A stretch of DNA of 63,779 bases, filler included, from Octopus bimaculoides (Eukaryota), in assembly GCF_001194135.2 (NCBI RefSeq). It is 6 parts of 6 records of this genome, joined end to end, with 100 filler letters (N's around TTAATTAATTAA, not from the genome) between each part and the next. Parts side by side here need not be neighbours in the genome. Positions count along the whole stretch, not along the records: positions 9,689 to 15,279 come from NC_069007.1; positions 15,380 to 26,484 come from NC_068985.1; 4 more parts are not named here. The stretch is one strand, 5' to 3'. Shown here piece after piece: positions 13,640 to 26,484 of this stretch. How positions within the stretch are numbered: position 1 is the first letter of the stretch; each line of letters starts with the position of its first letter. The position numbers and the translations under genes were made by a program. A model generated the notes under the pieces. It did not search any database and was not told the DNA's origin. It was given only the letters and a program-made list of their open reading frames with translations.

Positions 13640-14060
13640 CCACTCTGCATGGTATTACATGGTTAGTTCCACCATAAAACTAACAACTTAAAATACCAGA
13701 AAGCTTCATGTAGGTGGCTCAGCAAGGGAGACCTTAGAAATGAAAGATGACTGAAGGCTTAATCATCATTGCCAAGGGAGGAACAACCTTCGCTGACCAG
13801 GATCGGGGAAAATGGCTATATACCATACGAGAGCAAAGTACCTCTGAAATATGTGTAAGGAGAGGTTCGAAAACGTGACTTTATAGAGAAAAAAATAAAG
13901 GTGCTGGCTCGACAAGGTAATGAAAAACCTTCGTTGGTTATTATGCTGGAAGTATGGATATGAGGTAACGGGTTCTACGTACCAGCATACACCGGGGAAT
14001 GTAAGAGACGAAAAGGGGAAGGCAAAAATCCTCTGCGAGTTTGACTTCCATACATTGATT
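13640..14060 (+). mobile_element. Decayed R4/Dong-like LINE fragment, same family as 63460-63779
   Basis: Nucleotide similarity to 63540-63670 (gctcagcaaggg-gacct..ctaatcatc-ttgcc). Reads LHG, TEGLIIIA and DKVMKNLRWLLCWKYGYEVTGSTYQHTPGNVRDEKGKAKILCEFDFHT. Confidence 0.78.
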
Positions 14061-14226
14061 TTATTATAACTAAACATAAAAACAGTCATTAATACACACA
14101 CAGACATACATATATACATACATACATACATACATATTACATATATATACAATCATGTAAACACAGTCATATAAACATATATGTATTTTTTCACACATAT
14201 ATATCTATTATTTATATATTACTTAT

Positions 14227-14307
<81 letters not shown>

Positions 14308-15379
14308 AGGGGCAAACAATTCACGAGAAAAATAATTCACGAAATTTTAATTTGCGAAGATATTAATAATTTTGTTATTATCTAGTGTAACAATTGTAAA
14401 AATGTTAATAGCCGAATGAATAATATACGCGTTCGCAGGCCCAATATAGCATTACATAGCTGAAGGATTAAAATTAATCAAAGGACATAATAACTATGTC
14501 TACCTGCTGGAAATAAACGTGAAAACTCTTAATCAAATCGCAAAAATACACTAATGACACCTACAGAAATCAACCAAAAGTCAAATGAAGTTAAGACAAT
14601 CTCCCAACGTACATTTCAGCAGTTGGACTCACGTGGGCCGGTTTCTGCACTGGCAAAAATAGCCTTAGCTTCTACACCACGCGTTACCATGATAGAAACT
14701 TCCAACGTAACGTTTTGAAGTCAGCGTCGCAACTGATACACTTTGCGCCGAATTCATTGCTGCCACCAGGGGGCGGGGGGGGGGAATAATCTCGATACAG
14801 GGGCAAACGATTCACGAAAAATATATTTACGTGGATATTATGAATTTTGTTATCATTTAGCGTAACTAATTTTAAAATCATAATAGCAAAATCAATAATA
14901 TAAGGCATTTTCGTGAGGGTGACAAAAACTAATAGGTATGTACTTTGAGTGCTCAATATGGAACGCCACTGAAGTTCCTGTATAAACTAAAGTTGCATAT
15001 GTTATTTTGCGAATACCTTTCAAAAGCGGCCAGAAATGGCTTCTCCCTGAGCAGGTGTGTATAGATTAAAATAGAAACGAGGAGGTAATCAGTTTGGTAA
15101 GACTTCAAAACGACATATAATTTAACTAGATAATAATATGCCTTGTTATCATATTATATTATTATACAGCTAAATTATATATCCTTGTCAAGTCATACCA
15201 AATTCCTTGCCTCTTCGTCTGTTTAAATCTATATTTATATGTAGGTCTGTCTATATGTATATATATATTTATATATATANNNNNNNNNNNNNNNNNNNNN
15301 NNNNNNNNNNNNNNNNNNNNNNNTTAATTAATTAANNNNNNNNNNNNNNNNNNNNNNNNNNNNNNNNNNNNNNNNNNNN

Positions 15380-15407
<28 letters not shown>

Positions 15408-15410
<3 letters not shown>

Positions 15411-15705
15411 GCGCAGGCGTAGTTGTATGGTAAGAAGTTTCCTTCGCAACAACATGGTTCTAGATTCAGTCCTAGTGCGTGTCACCTTGAGCAAGTCTCT
15501 GACGCTATAGCCCTGGGCCGACCAACCGACCAAACCCTTGTTGGTGGATATGGTAGAAAGAAACTTGTGTACATATGCGCGTGTATATGTTTGTGTGTGG
15601 TTGTGCCCCACCAAAACCTGACAACCGGTAAGTACTGGGGCCGATTCATTCAACTAAAAACATTCTACAATTGGTGCCCCGGCATGGCCGCAGTCTAATG
15701 GTTAA
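15408..15705 (+). mobile_element. Family-B SINE (head-only copies at 205-342 minus, 7025-7110 minus, 27075-27225 plus, 60230-60325 minus)
   Basis: AGGCGCAGGCGTAGTTGTATGGTAAGAAG head, CCTTGAGCAAGT core, GGCATGGCCGCAGTCTAATG tail. Confidence 0.85.
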
Positions 15706-15725
15706 ACATTAAATGGAGTTCTTTT

Positions 15726-15875
15726 GCTCTAAACACAGATGCCCTTGAGGCTGCAGACATCACATCAAATAAAGCAATGATTCTGAAGAACCAAACGAGA
15801 AGGTATGGCTATATTGTTCGAATGGCGGATGAACGTACGCCCAAACAGCTGTTTTAAGGTGACCTTGCTATAAGG
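15726..15875 (+). mobile_element. RTE-clade LINE ORF2 fragment
   Basis: Reads ALNTDALEAADITSNKAMILKNQTRRYGYIVRMADERTPKQLF*GDL, close to the RTE pattern N.EVL.RA...SI.A.....QLRW.GHV.RM.D.R.PKQL.YGEL. Confidence 0.75.
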
Positions 15876-15944
15876 ACATATTGCTATTTGGAATTAATGA
15901 CTATTACAGCTGGTAGAATCCTTTTTTTTTTCTATTCTAAGGCA

Positions 15945-16490
15945 CAAGGCCGATTAGATGGAACCCAGTACGCGTCTGTACTTAATTTATCGACCACCTG
16001 CCCGAAAGGATGAAAGGTAAAGTCAGCCTCGGCGGAATTTGAACTCAGAACGTAGCTGCAGACGAAATACCGCAAAGCATTTCGCCCGGCGTGCTAACGT
16101 TTCTTATTTCTTTATTGCCCACAAGAGGCTAAACATAGAGGGGACAAACAAGGACAGACAAAGGGATTAAGTCGATTACATCGACCCCAGTGCATAACTG
16201 GTACTTAATTTATCGACCCCGAAAGGATGAAATGCAAAGTCAACCTCGGTGGAATTTGAACTCAGAGCGTAAAGACAGACGAAATACCGCTAAGCATTTC
16301 GCCCGGCTTGCTATCGTTTCTGCCAGCTCGCCACCTTCTATAGCTGATAGAATCGTTAGCACGTCGGACAATATGTTTGGCTGCATTTCTTTCGGTGCTT
16401 CTTGTTCCAATTTCAAATGCTGCCGAGGTCAACTTTGCATTTCGTCCCTTCGGAGTCGAGTATCTGGGGTCGATATAATGGAGTTGCTCC
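15945..16490. mobile_element. Nested family-A SINEs (two minus copies, one partial plus copy)
   Basis: Near-consensus CGACCTCGGCGGAATTTGAACTCAGAACGT..GCATTTCGCCCGGC. The second copy has the variant tail AAACATAGAGGGGACAAACAAGGACAGACAAAGGGATTAAG. Confidence 0.88.
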
Positions 16491-16753
16491 CTCCCCTCAA
16501 ACTGATGGCTCGAACCCGGCAACGGAGCAAGAATCTCGGTCGCTTACACGCCATAAAAACCAGGTAACCGGTCTTATGAGTTTGGGGGGCTCGTGTCACA
16601 CGGGCACCCTTTGACTTTTCGTACCCTAGGGGATTTTTAACCCAATATTTGCCTGCTATTATTTATAGCCTTCTGTTTCGAGATACACCGTTCAAAAAGA
16701 GAATTATCTTTACCTACGCTTCTACAGACAGACAGACAGACAGACAGACAGAA

Positions 16754-16853
<100 letters not shown>

Positions 16854-16910
16854 TAAAGAACTCAAACATGTTCAAATACAAATACATGTGCACATATACG
16901 CCTGTCATAA

Positions 16911-17210
16911 AGGCGCGTGGCTTAGTGGTTAGGGTAATCGGCTTGCGATCATGGAGTCGCGAGTTCGATTCCGGTGGAAACTTTATTTCACGTTGCACCA
17001 GTCCAGTCAGCTGGCAAAAATGAGTAGTACCTGTATTTCAAAATAGCCAGCCTCGTCACACTCTGTGTCCCACTGAATCTCCCTGGGAAGTATGTGAAGA
17101 GGTACGCGTGTCTGCGGAGAGCTCAGCCACTTGCAAGTTAATCTCACGAGCAAGCTGTTCCGTTGATCGGATCAACTGGAACCCTCGTCGTCGTAAGCGA
17201 CGGAGTGCCA
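16911..17210 (+). mobile_element. Family-C-related SINE with a different head and central domain (related pieces at about 1430-1560, 35281-35455, 18000-18058)
   Basis: tRNA-like head GGCGCGTGGCTTAGTGGTTAGG..GAGTTCGATTCC, central CCAGTCCAGTCAGCTGGCAAAAATGAGT, and the same 3' tail as family C. Confidence 0.85.
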
Positions 17211-18231
17211 GTAGTATTAGCACTTCATGAACATATTCAAGTAGACACACACACACATATGCACCTGTGTGTGTATTATTATTCTCACAGTTAATTAATA
17301 TACTAGCATACTGGCTAAATAATTAACCCGCCCATATTCCTGATCGTGACATCAGCCAATCGGTTGGTTTCTATCATTACTTGATGTCAGTAACAAACCA
17401 GTTTCACAATGCACAACTAAACTTTGACCCTCTCACCACTTCAGCAACGAACGGTTCAAACACTAAGCTAGAATCATTTCTCTTTTTGACTTTTTAACCG
17501 AACAATTTAATAAATCGTTATATGCAACACTGTCTCGGTGAGTACAATGTTAATCTCTGTAATTACAACTCACGTCTGCAGCTACAGATAATGTAGTTGG
17601 AGTGAAATGTCGGGTTTATAATTACAGCTTTGCTCTGCTATTAATTTTGTTAAACGATAGCCAAAATTCCACACGAAAAATTGGGCTTCCTTGTTCTTCA
17701 CTGCCAGAGATTACTCCATTTCGGAATGTTACAAAACAGTAATTAGAGCCAACAAATGTGGACATTCAGTCTGCTAGAAATAATAATCAGGTCCCCTACC
17801 CGCTTGAATTTTATTGTATTGTCTTATAAAAGGTCTGGGTACATGATACATCTAGCTTCGTTTTTTTCACGGGTGTTTGGTTCCAAAATAAAACACCGTG
17901 TTGAATAAATCAGATAAATGAATGATAGAACATATGAGGAAAACAGGTTTCGTTCTGAGACCCACAAGTCATCTTGACCATTGTGGATGATTCACGAAGA
18001 GGCTGTTCCGTTGATCGGATCAATTGGAACCCTCGTCGTCGTAACCGACGGAGTGCCACTGTACTACTACTGCTGATACAATGGGGGTTACGCAATTCAC
18101 AAACTGTTCTCCATACATCATCGATGCTCTGCTTCACAACGGCCCAACAAAAGACACTCAATGCATTCACTCAACCTGCTAAGAATAGCAACTAAATTTC
18201 CCCTCACTATCATAAATTCTTTCTAACCTTG

Positions 18232-18392
18232 GCACAAGACCCAGTGTTTAACAAATACTTATTTTATCGACCTCGAAAGGATAAAAGGCAAAGTCGACCT
18301 CGGTGATACTTGAACTCAGAACATAAAGCCGGTAGAAATGACGCTATGCATTTTGTCCGAAGCGCTAACGAATCTGACATCTTCCCGCCTCC
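18232..18392 (-). mobile_element. Family-A SINE
   Basis: GGCAAAGTCGACCTCGG..TTGAACTCAGAAC. Confidence 0.8.
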
Positions 18393-19046
18393 CTCACCAG
18401 CGAAAATTAAATAAAGGTATAGGAGTGGTGTAAATTAANNNNNNNNNNNNNNNNNNNNNNNNNNNNNNNNNNNNNNNNNNNNNNNNNNNNNNNNNNNNNN
18501 NNNNNNNNNNNNNNNNNNNNNNNNNNNNNNNNNNNNNNNNNNNNNNNNNNNNNNNNNNNNNNNNNNNNNNNNNNNNNNNNNNNNNNNNNNNNNNNNNNNN
18601 NNNNNNNNNNNNNNNNNNNNNNNNNNNNNNNNNNNNNNNNNNNNNNNNNNNNNNNNNNNNNNNNNNNNNNNNNNNNNNNNNNNNNNNNNNNNNNNNNNNN
18701 NNNNNNNNNNNNNNNNNNNNNNNNNNNNNNNNNNNNNNNNNNNNNNNNNNNNNNNNNNNNNNNNNNNNNNNNNNNNNNNNNNNNNNNNNNNNNNNNNNNN
18801 NNNNNNNNNNNNNNNNNNNNNNNNNNNNNNNNNNNNNNNNNNNNNNNNNNNNNNNNNNNNNNNNNNNNNNNNNNNNNNNNNNNNNNNNNNNNNNNNNNNN
18901 NNNNNNNNNNNNNNNNNNNNNNNNNNNNNNNNNNNNNNNNNNTCAAATGACTGAAACAAGTAAAAGAGAAAAGAACATAATGGAAAATGGCAGTGCCATC
19001 TGTACATAAAAGATACATGCAATACATTTTATTATAGGCTCGCCTA

Positions 19047-19215
19047 AGGCAGCGAGCTGGCAGAATCGTTAGCGCGCTTGACGAAATACTTAGCGGTATT
19101 TCACCCATCGCTACGTTCTGAGTTCAAATTCCGCCGAGGTCGACTTGGCCTTCCATCCTTTCGGGCTCGAGTCCCCATCCCACAAATTTGAGGCCTTGTG
19201 CCTCCAGCAGAAAGG
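19047..19215 (+). mobile_element. Family-A SINE with target-site duplication
   Basis: Full head AGGCAGCGAGCTGGCAGAATCGTTAGC; TSD ATTATAGGCTCGC at 19031-19043 and 19216-19228. Confidence 0.9.
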
Positions 19216-19367
19216 ATTATAGGCTCGCTTAAATGAGACTATCCTTGTGTTAAACAACAACCTTGCTTTGCTGAACTTTACAATTCAGCCTATTCTTGCT
19301 CCCCATATCTGCAAAACCCTGAAATGCATTCAGAGACTGTTTTGTTTTTTTCCTCGGAGCCCCTAAA

Positions 19368-19475
19368 TCAGTGCTTCTCAAGCATTTTTTTACCTATAGG
19401 CCCTTTTGATTCCTATTCTACTCGGGCGGACCCTCATAACCATTCAATGTTTTAAAAAAATCCTATAATACTTCT
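19368..19475 (+). mobile_element. Possible hAT/Charlie-type MITE left end, interrupted by a SINE
   Basis: Starts CAGTGCTTCTCAA, resembling the Charlie TIR CAGTGGTTCTCAA. I did not find the partner end with confidence. Confidence 0.3.
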
Positions 19476-19681
19476 TATTTCTTTGTTGCCTACAAGGGGC
19501 TAAACATAGAGGGACAAACAAGGACAGACAAAGGGATTAAGTCGATTACTTAATTTATCGACCCCGAAAGGATGAAAGGCAAAATCGACCTCGGCGGAAT
19601 TTGAACTTAGAAGGTAACGGCAGACGGAAATACCGCTAAGCATTTCGCCCGGCGTACTAACGTTTCTGCAGCTCGCCGCCT
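19476..19681 (-). mobile_element. Family-A SINE (variant tail) with target-site duplication
   Basis: TSD ATAATACTTCT on both sides (about 19465-19475 and 19682-19692). Confidence 0.9.
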
Positions 19682-20209
19682 ATAATACTTCTATAATCAA
19701 ATATTATTAGAAATTGTATTTAAAAATCAAAATATTTTGTGTATAGAAGAAGTTTAACCAAATTATGACACATAAATTTTAACAACAAAATCTAATTTGA
19801 ACTTCACCATCTTAGAACACGGAAGTACACATTGCACAATGAAATCCTCGATGGGATAGTTATAATTAGATTTTGTTTTCATAGATGACATCTCCAACAG
19901 GTCTGACTTGAACTAAACAACAACAATACGTTCTGATGCCATCAGTGTGTGATTACTACGAATATAACACATTCCTTGAGTTATAAAATCTCTGTTGTAA
20001 ATCATAATTAGAATAAAACTTCAGAAATGTACTTTTAGTTGAAACAAAATCAATTACAGCGAAGAAGACACATATCAACCATTCAAAAATACACAACTGT
20101 AATTTTCACTTACAGTTTGTAATTTGGTGTCAGAATTTTCGTCGCAACATCTGCGACCCCGTCACTGACGCGGTTCCACTGGTTTTGATTTGTGACGAGG
20201 ATATTGATT

Positions 20210-20244
<35 letters not shown>

Positions 20245-21377
20245 TAGCTGAAGTACCGATAATAAACTACCGTTAATAAGATGTCTGTTTATAGCCATGA
20301 AACATTTTTAGTCAAATTTCGACATTTTTCAAAAATTTAAAATCTATATTAATGGGTAGGACCAATTTGACGAAAAAACAAGCAGAATCTACTAGCGAAC
20401 TCGTATCGTCATCATTTTTGTGCATGTGCGTAAAATGGCGAAATGTTACGCTTTGGGGNNNNNNNNNNNNNNNNNNNNNNNNNNNNNNNNNNNNNNNNNN
20501 NNNNNNNNNNNNNNNNNNNNNNNNNNNNNNNNNNNNNNNNNNNNNNNNNNNNNNNNNNNNNNNNNNNNNNNNNNNNNNNNNNNNNNNNNNNNNNNNNNNN
20601 NNNNNNNNNNNNNNNNNNNNNNNNNNNNNNNNNNNNNNNNNNNNNNNNNNNNNNNNNNNNNNNNNNNNNNNNNNNNNNNNNNNNNNNNNNNNNNNNNNNN
20701 NNNNNNNNNNNNNNNNNNNNNNNNNNNNNNNNNNNNNNNNNNNNNNNNNNNNNNNNNNNNNNNNNNNNNNNNNNNNNNNNNNNNNNNNNNNNNNNNNNNN
20801 NNNNNNNNNNNNNNNNNNNNNNNNNNNNNNNNNNNNNNNNNNNNNNNNNNNNNNNNNNNNNNNNNNNNNNNNNNNNNNNNNNNNNNNNNNNNNNNNNNNN
20901 NNNNNNNNNNNNNNNNNNNNNNNNNNNNNNNNNNNNNNNNNNNNNNNNNNNNNNNNNNNNNNNNNNNNNNNNNNNNNNNNNNNNNNNNNNNNNNNNNNNN
21001 NNNNNNNNNNNNNNNNNNNNNNNNNNNNNNNNNNNNNNNNNNNNNNNNNNNNNNNNNNNNNNNNNNNNNNNNNNNNNNNNNNNNNNNNNNNNNNNNNNNN
21101 NNNNNNNNNNNNNNNTTTTTTTTTTTTTTTTCTTGTATCTTCATGCGTTTGTTTCTTATTAACCTTTGAAATCGGGGCAACCTTTCTGCCGCACCCTGTA
21201 TATGTAGGTTTCAGGGTTATAATTTTTTTTTTCTTCTATATAGTCTTTTAATCTTTAACTGATTTCAATTATTGAACTGCGACCATGGTGGCGAAACGCC
21301 CTCAGAAGCTTAACTGATCGTATCGAACTTAATACTTAATTTAGTCTGCTATCATATTTTGTCCTTCTTCATTTATT

Positions 21378-21850
21378 GATTTCAAATTTTGGCACAGGGT
21401 CAGTAACTTCAAGGAAGGGAGTAAATCGATTAGATCGACCCCAGTACGCAACTGGTACTTAATTTATCGACTCCGAAAGGATGAAAGGCAAAGTCGACCT
21501 CGGTGGAATTTGAACTCAGAACGTAAAGACAGACGAAATACCAGTAAGCATTTCGCCCGGCCTGCTAATGTTTCTGCCAGCTTTCCGACTTAAATCGTTC
21601 TTTCTTTATTGAAAGCTAAGTAACTGTTTCTGACATAAATTATTTCAAATTGTGATACAAAGACAGGAACTTTCGGAGCGGTGTTTAGTTGATTGCATCA
21701 ACCCCAGTATCTAACTGGTACTTTATTTTATCGAACACCCGAAAAAATGAAAGGAAAAGTCGATCCCCGCGGGATTGGAATTTACAAAGCAAAGTGCTGG
21801 AAGGAATCTCACTAAGCGTTTCTGTCCGATTCTAAATATTCTGTTAGCTC
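21378..21850 (-). mobile_element. Two family-A SINEs (one near consensus, one decayed)
   Basis: GGCAAAGTCGACCTCGGTGGAATTTGAACTCAGAACGTAAAGAC at about 21490; decayed copy at 21645-21850. Confidence 0.85.
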
Positions 21851-22584
21851 TTCTTGCATAAATGAAAGTAAGTAGACATTATATGTGTGAGTGTGAGAAG
21901 GGGTGTGAGAATGAGTTTGAGTGTGAGCGTAAGTATGAGTGAGTGTGCAGTGTGTGTGTATGCAACCACCCCCGCTCCTTCTGCATGATCCTATATGATA
22001 CTACACTGTCCGAATAGAGCAATAACGTAATACAATCAACACACCTATCATGAGTGGAAAACAAGCATGAATTTGATATTCCTTTAATTCAGCTGTTACA
22101 CATGTTTCTATGTTCGATAACTGATGGTGTCAAATTACAAGTGCGATTTATGAATTCAGTTTACAAAGAGCATTTAGTCATACCAAACACGTCTTCGAAC
22201 CGGATCCACTTGGAGAACAAACCCATATATATATATATATAATATGTTTCATAGCAGCGGAACCGCGGAAGTGGTAAATATCCAAACGAGGTTTATACCT
22301 CAAGCTACTCGTCAGGCCATTGGTGGATCTCACATTTATATATATATNNNNNNNNNNNNNNNNNNNNNNNNNNNNNNNNNNNNNNNNNNNNNNNNNNNNN
22401 NNNNNNNNNNNNNNNNNNNNNNNNNNNNNNNNNNNNNNNNNNNNNNNNNNNNNNNNNNNNNNNNNNNNNNNNNNNNNNNNNNNNNNNNNNNNNNNNNNNN
22501 NNNNNNNNNNNNNNNNNNNNNNNNNNNNNNNNNNNNNNNNNNNNNNNNNNNNNNNNNNNNNNNNNNNNNNNNNNNNNNNNNNTA

Positions 22585-22760
22585 TATAGGGAGAATTCAC
22601 AAAAAAAACAACAGACGAAGACAGGTGGTGTAGAAAACAAATAGATGTATTGGTATAACGCTCGGGAATTGAAAAAGTCTTTAACGTTTCGAGCCTACGC
22701 TCTTCCACAGAATGGAACACAGAAAGAAACAAGGAGAGAAACAAGCGAAGAAAAAAAATG
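22585..22760 (-). mobile_element. Penelope pseudo-LTR-like dispersed repeat
   Basis: Contains CTGTGGAAGAGCGTAGGCTCGAAACGT, a decayed minimal-hammerhead-like motif; the family assignment is from recall. Confidence 0.4.
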
Positions 22761-23268
22761 TGTGTAGTGGTTAGCGATCTATCATGGCGATGTATAATAT
22801 ACATATATGTGTGTTAACGCGCGTGCGTGCACACACATACATACATTTCAGATATATGGGGACGGTCGTGGCCGTGGTCATCGTCGTAGTAGTCAGTCTA
22901 GTGTTGATGATGACAGCGGGCGTCATCGTCATTGTGGAAGTCGATCTGATGATGACGATGATGATGGTGGTGGTGGTGGTAGTGGTGGTGGCGGCGGTGG
23001 TGGTGGCGTTTTTTATGGTAGTGGTGGTGTAATGATTAGCAGCGTTGGTCGTGACGGTAGTGGTAACAAAGGCGGATTAGAGGACACGAAAATGCAGGTG
23101 ATGAGGATGACTATGAGGATTATGATGAATCTGACGATCATGAGAAAAAAAGAAGGCAAACGATTTTGTGAGGATTAAATCATCTAAAAATGGCGACAAT
23201 GCATCACAGCTTCATTAAACTATTAAACCGGAAAAACGAAGATAAGTAAATCACTTTTAGCAGGTAAA

Positions 23269-23322
<54 letters not shown>

Positions 23323-23534
23323 TGTATGTATATATATATATATTTATATATATNNNNNNNNNNNNNNNNNNNNNNNNNNNNNNNNNNNNNNNNNNNNNNN
23401 NNNNNNNNNNNNNNNNNNNNNNNNNNNNNNNNNNNNNNNNNNNNNNNNNNNNNNNNNNNNNNNNNNNNNNNNNNNNNNNNNNNNNNNNNNNNNNNNNNNN
23501 NNNNNNNNNNNNNNNNNNNNNNNNNNNNNNNNNN

Positions 23535-23577
<43 letters not shown>

Positions 23578-23906
23578 GTATAGGTATGTATATATATATA
23601 TATATATTTAATGTATATATGTATATATACACACACACGCACATATATATACACATACACACACACATATATATATACACATACATACATGTATATATGC
23701 ATTTAATGTATATGCATATATATATATATATATACATAATATATATACATATGCATGTATATATACTTAATATATACGTATATATATTATGTATATATAA
23801 ATATTACGTGTGAGTATATATGTGTGTGTCTGTGATGTATGGTAGTGTGTGTTTGTGTGTGTATGTGTGTGTGATGTATGGTAGCGTGTGTGTGTTTGAT
23901 GTATGG

Positions 23907-23939
<33 letters not shown>

Positions 23940-24375
23940 CAGTGATACAAGACATTTGTGGCAAGGTTTAATCCTTCATAAAGGACAATGATAGGATCTT
24001 TAATACAAGGAACCATTTGCATGTTTTGTAATTTCAACAAAAATGGCCGAAAAGAAATGACTCAGTGAGCTGCAGCATGTATTTAAACAACATAGACAAA
24101 TACAGGTGTATCAAATACCATACAACATAAATTTTTATTAAAATTATATATCTGCCTCGAGAGGATGGATATATCATAATCACCAAATAGTAATGAAAGA
24201 CCAGATCCACTTGACAAGGAGAGATAATCTCAAGAGTCGAGAATTTCTCCAAAGCTGACATGGCATTAAGAAATAGGAGAGGCTTATTGTCTGAAGGCAA
24301 GAGGACAATACACACACACATATATATATATCAATATATATATATATATATATCCACACACATACATATATATAC

Positions 24376-24426
<51 letters not shown>

Positions 24427-24446
24427 TTCACACATATAAATATGTA

Positions 24447-24511
<65 letters not shown>

Positions 24512-26221
24512 AATTGTTCAAAGATTGAGAATCCGTTTAAAATACTTATAATTATTTTTATTTTTAGACATGTATTTGGCAGATAACTAGCTAGTAGACA
24601 CTTCATAATTAGACACCTAATTAGTATCTATATAGTAGTAATTGACAGATACTTTGTTGGTAGAGACTTTACTGGTAGACTTGAGGATGACAAATATGTC
24701 ATCGATTGACATTTCCACAATAAATATCTTGTTCTTAGACACTATTCAATATTTTGTTAATGGATGCCTGGTTTGATGACTTCTCTTGAGATTATTGAAT
24801 TCGAAGAAATCTTCTTTTAACCTTTTGCCTGTTCAAATCTTTTTCAGAAGTTTGTCTTAAATGACCTTGCGGGTTACTGGTCCTTGTTTCATACTAGTCC
24901 TTGAAGCTAATCCTTGTAGCTAGTCCTTGTTCCCAACGTTCTGAGTAATACAAAGTTTTCCTTTCATAAGTTCCAAGTTATATTAGTGGTTGAAAAGAAA
25001 ATGGAAATTTGTATCATATATGATGCATGGACACTAGGAAAATATACCCTTGGTATAAATAATGACACACCTCTCTGGTAGACACCTCTTTGAAGAGACA
25101 CCTTTTTTGGCAGATATCTCATTTGAGGAAACTCTTCAAATGAAAAGCACTTCTTTGATACACACACCAGAAGTAGTTGACTCATTGACAGATACATTAT
25201 CCATTTTTATCATCGATGAACCACGTTTGGGTGAGAAATCAGTTGATTAGGAGGTGGTTTTATTGATCTTGAAAAGATTAAAGTCAAAGTCCATTTCATC
25301 ATCGACTGAACTCAGAATGCAAGGCAATTAAATAACACAAATTATTTGGAAGTGCCGTGCTTTATTGAGATATACTTTAAAAATTGATGCTTCTTTTAGT
25401 AGACATAGAATTTTGAGTTTTTAGAGTAATTTCAATGATAAGAATATATTTGTTTTGACATTGATTTAAGTCTCACTTCTCTCGTTTCATAATGAGTAAA
25501 TGCTCTCAGTTTATTATCAAGGTCAAAATCAATATAGAATGATCTCTCAATGATTGGTATTATCTGATCATCCTAGCTGTATCTTGGGAAAGTGTATATC
25601 AATTGTCTGCCTGTATGAGATGAGAAATGGTGGTACACATCAGCTATCAGACATAGCACAGAATCATAACATAAGCTCTATATCTGATCATAAACCTTAT
25701 CAAAAGGACTGCGTCTCTTGCCTGAGGCTTGTTACTAGTTCTATTAAGTATGAATTCAACACAGCAAACTAGGAAAATACTAACTCATTGAATGGTTATC
25801 TCTACTCCACAGTGGATTCATCTAGTGAGGATAAAATACACTTCTCAGAGGAAATGCTAATTCTAGTGGTATCATTTAAATCTTTGACTCATTGGCTTTT
25901 TATCAGTCATCTTTGTATCTTCAGAATTCACCAGAATTCTCAAGTAGATGCCTAATAACAGGTTGTTTGTGAAGAAATGTTTCAGTAGTAAACTGACGCC
26001 AAACTAAAGTTTCTGATATTTGATTCGTTTGTGAGAAAAATGGCCCAAAGATTTAACGATAAGTACAGCAGTTAGTTGACTCCACCATTTTTCTTATATT
26101 TCAATAAATTTCAAAATATTGCAGCAAGTATTTCCATGCGAGAATAATAAATATAAGGAAAATGTTCATATACAGTGTTTATTAGATTTCATAGCCATCA
26201 CCCAGCTTAGCTTGAAATGTG

Positions 26222-26264
<43 letters not shown>

Positions 26265-26303
26265 NNNNNNNNNNATATATATGTGGGTGTGTGTGTGTGT
26301 AGG

Positions 26304-26342
<39 letters not shown>

Positions 26343-26444
26343 ATATATATTTATATAAATGTACATATATATATATATATGTATATATATACATATATAT
26401 ATACATATACATATATATATATGTATAAATACATGTCTGTATAC

Positions 26445-26484
<40 letters not shown>

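Noticed and set aside
22784-23178. ORFs rich in G/D/R or V (DDDDDDGGGGGSGGGG)
   Set aside because: They overlie decayed (GGT)n/(GAT)n/(CGT)n repeats, are open in two frames, and show no splice or homology support.
24649-24709. Possible terminal exon YFVGRDFTGRLEDDKYVID* after ATTGACAG, with a possible upstream piece near 24050-24105
   Set aside because: Weak acceptor and donor, no recognisable homology, and no coherent gene model.
24600-26120. Long unique-looking stretch as a hidden coding exon
   Set aside because: I found no long open frame or recognisable motif on either strand; it could be UTR or old repeat, which I cannot determine.
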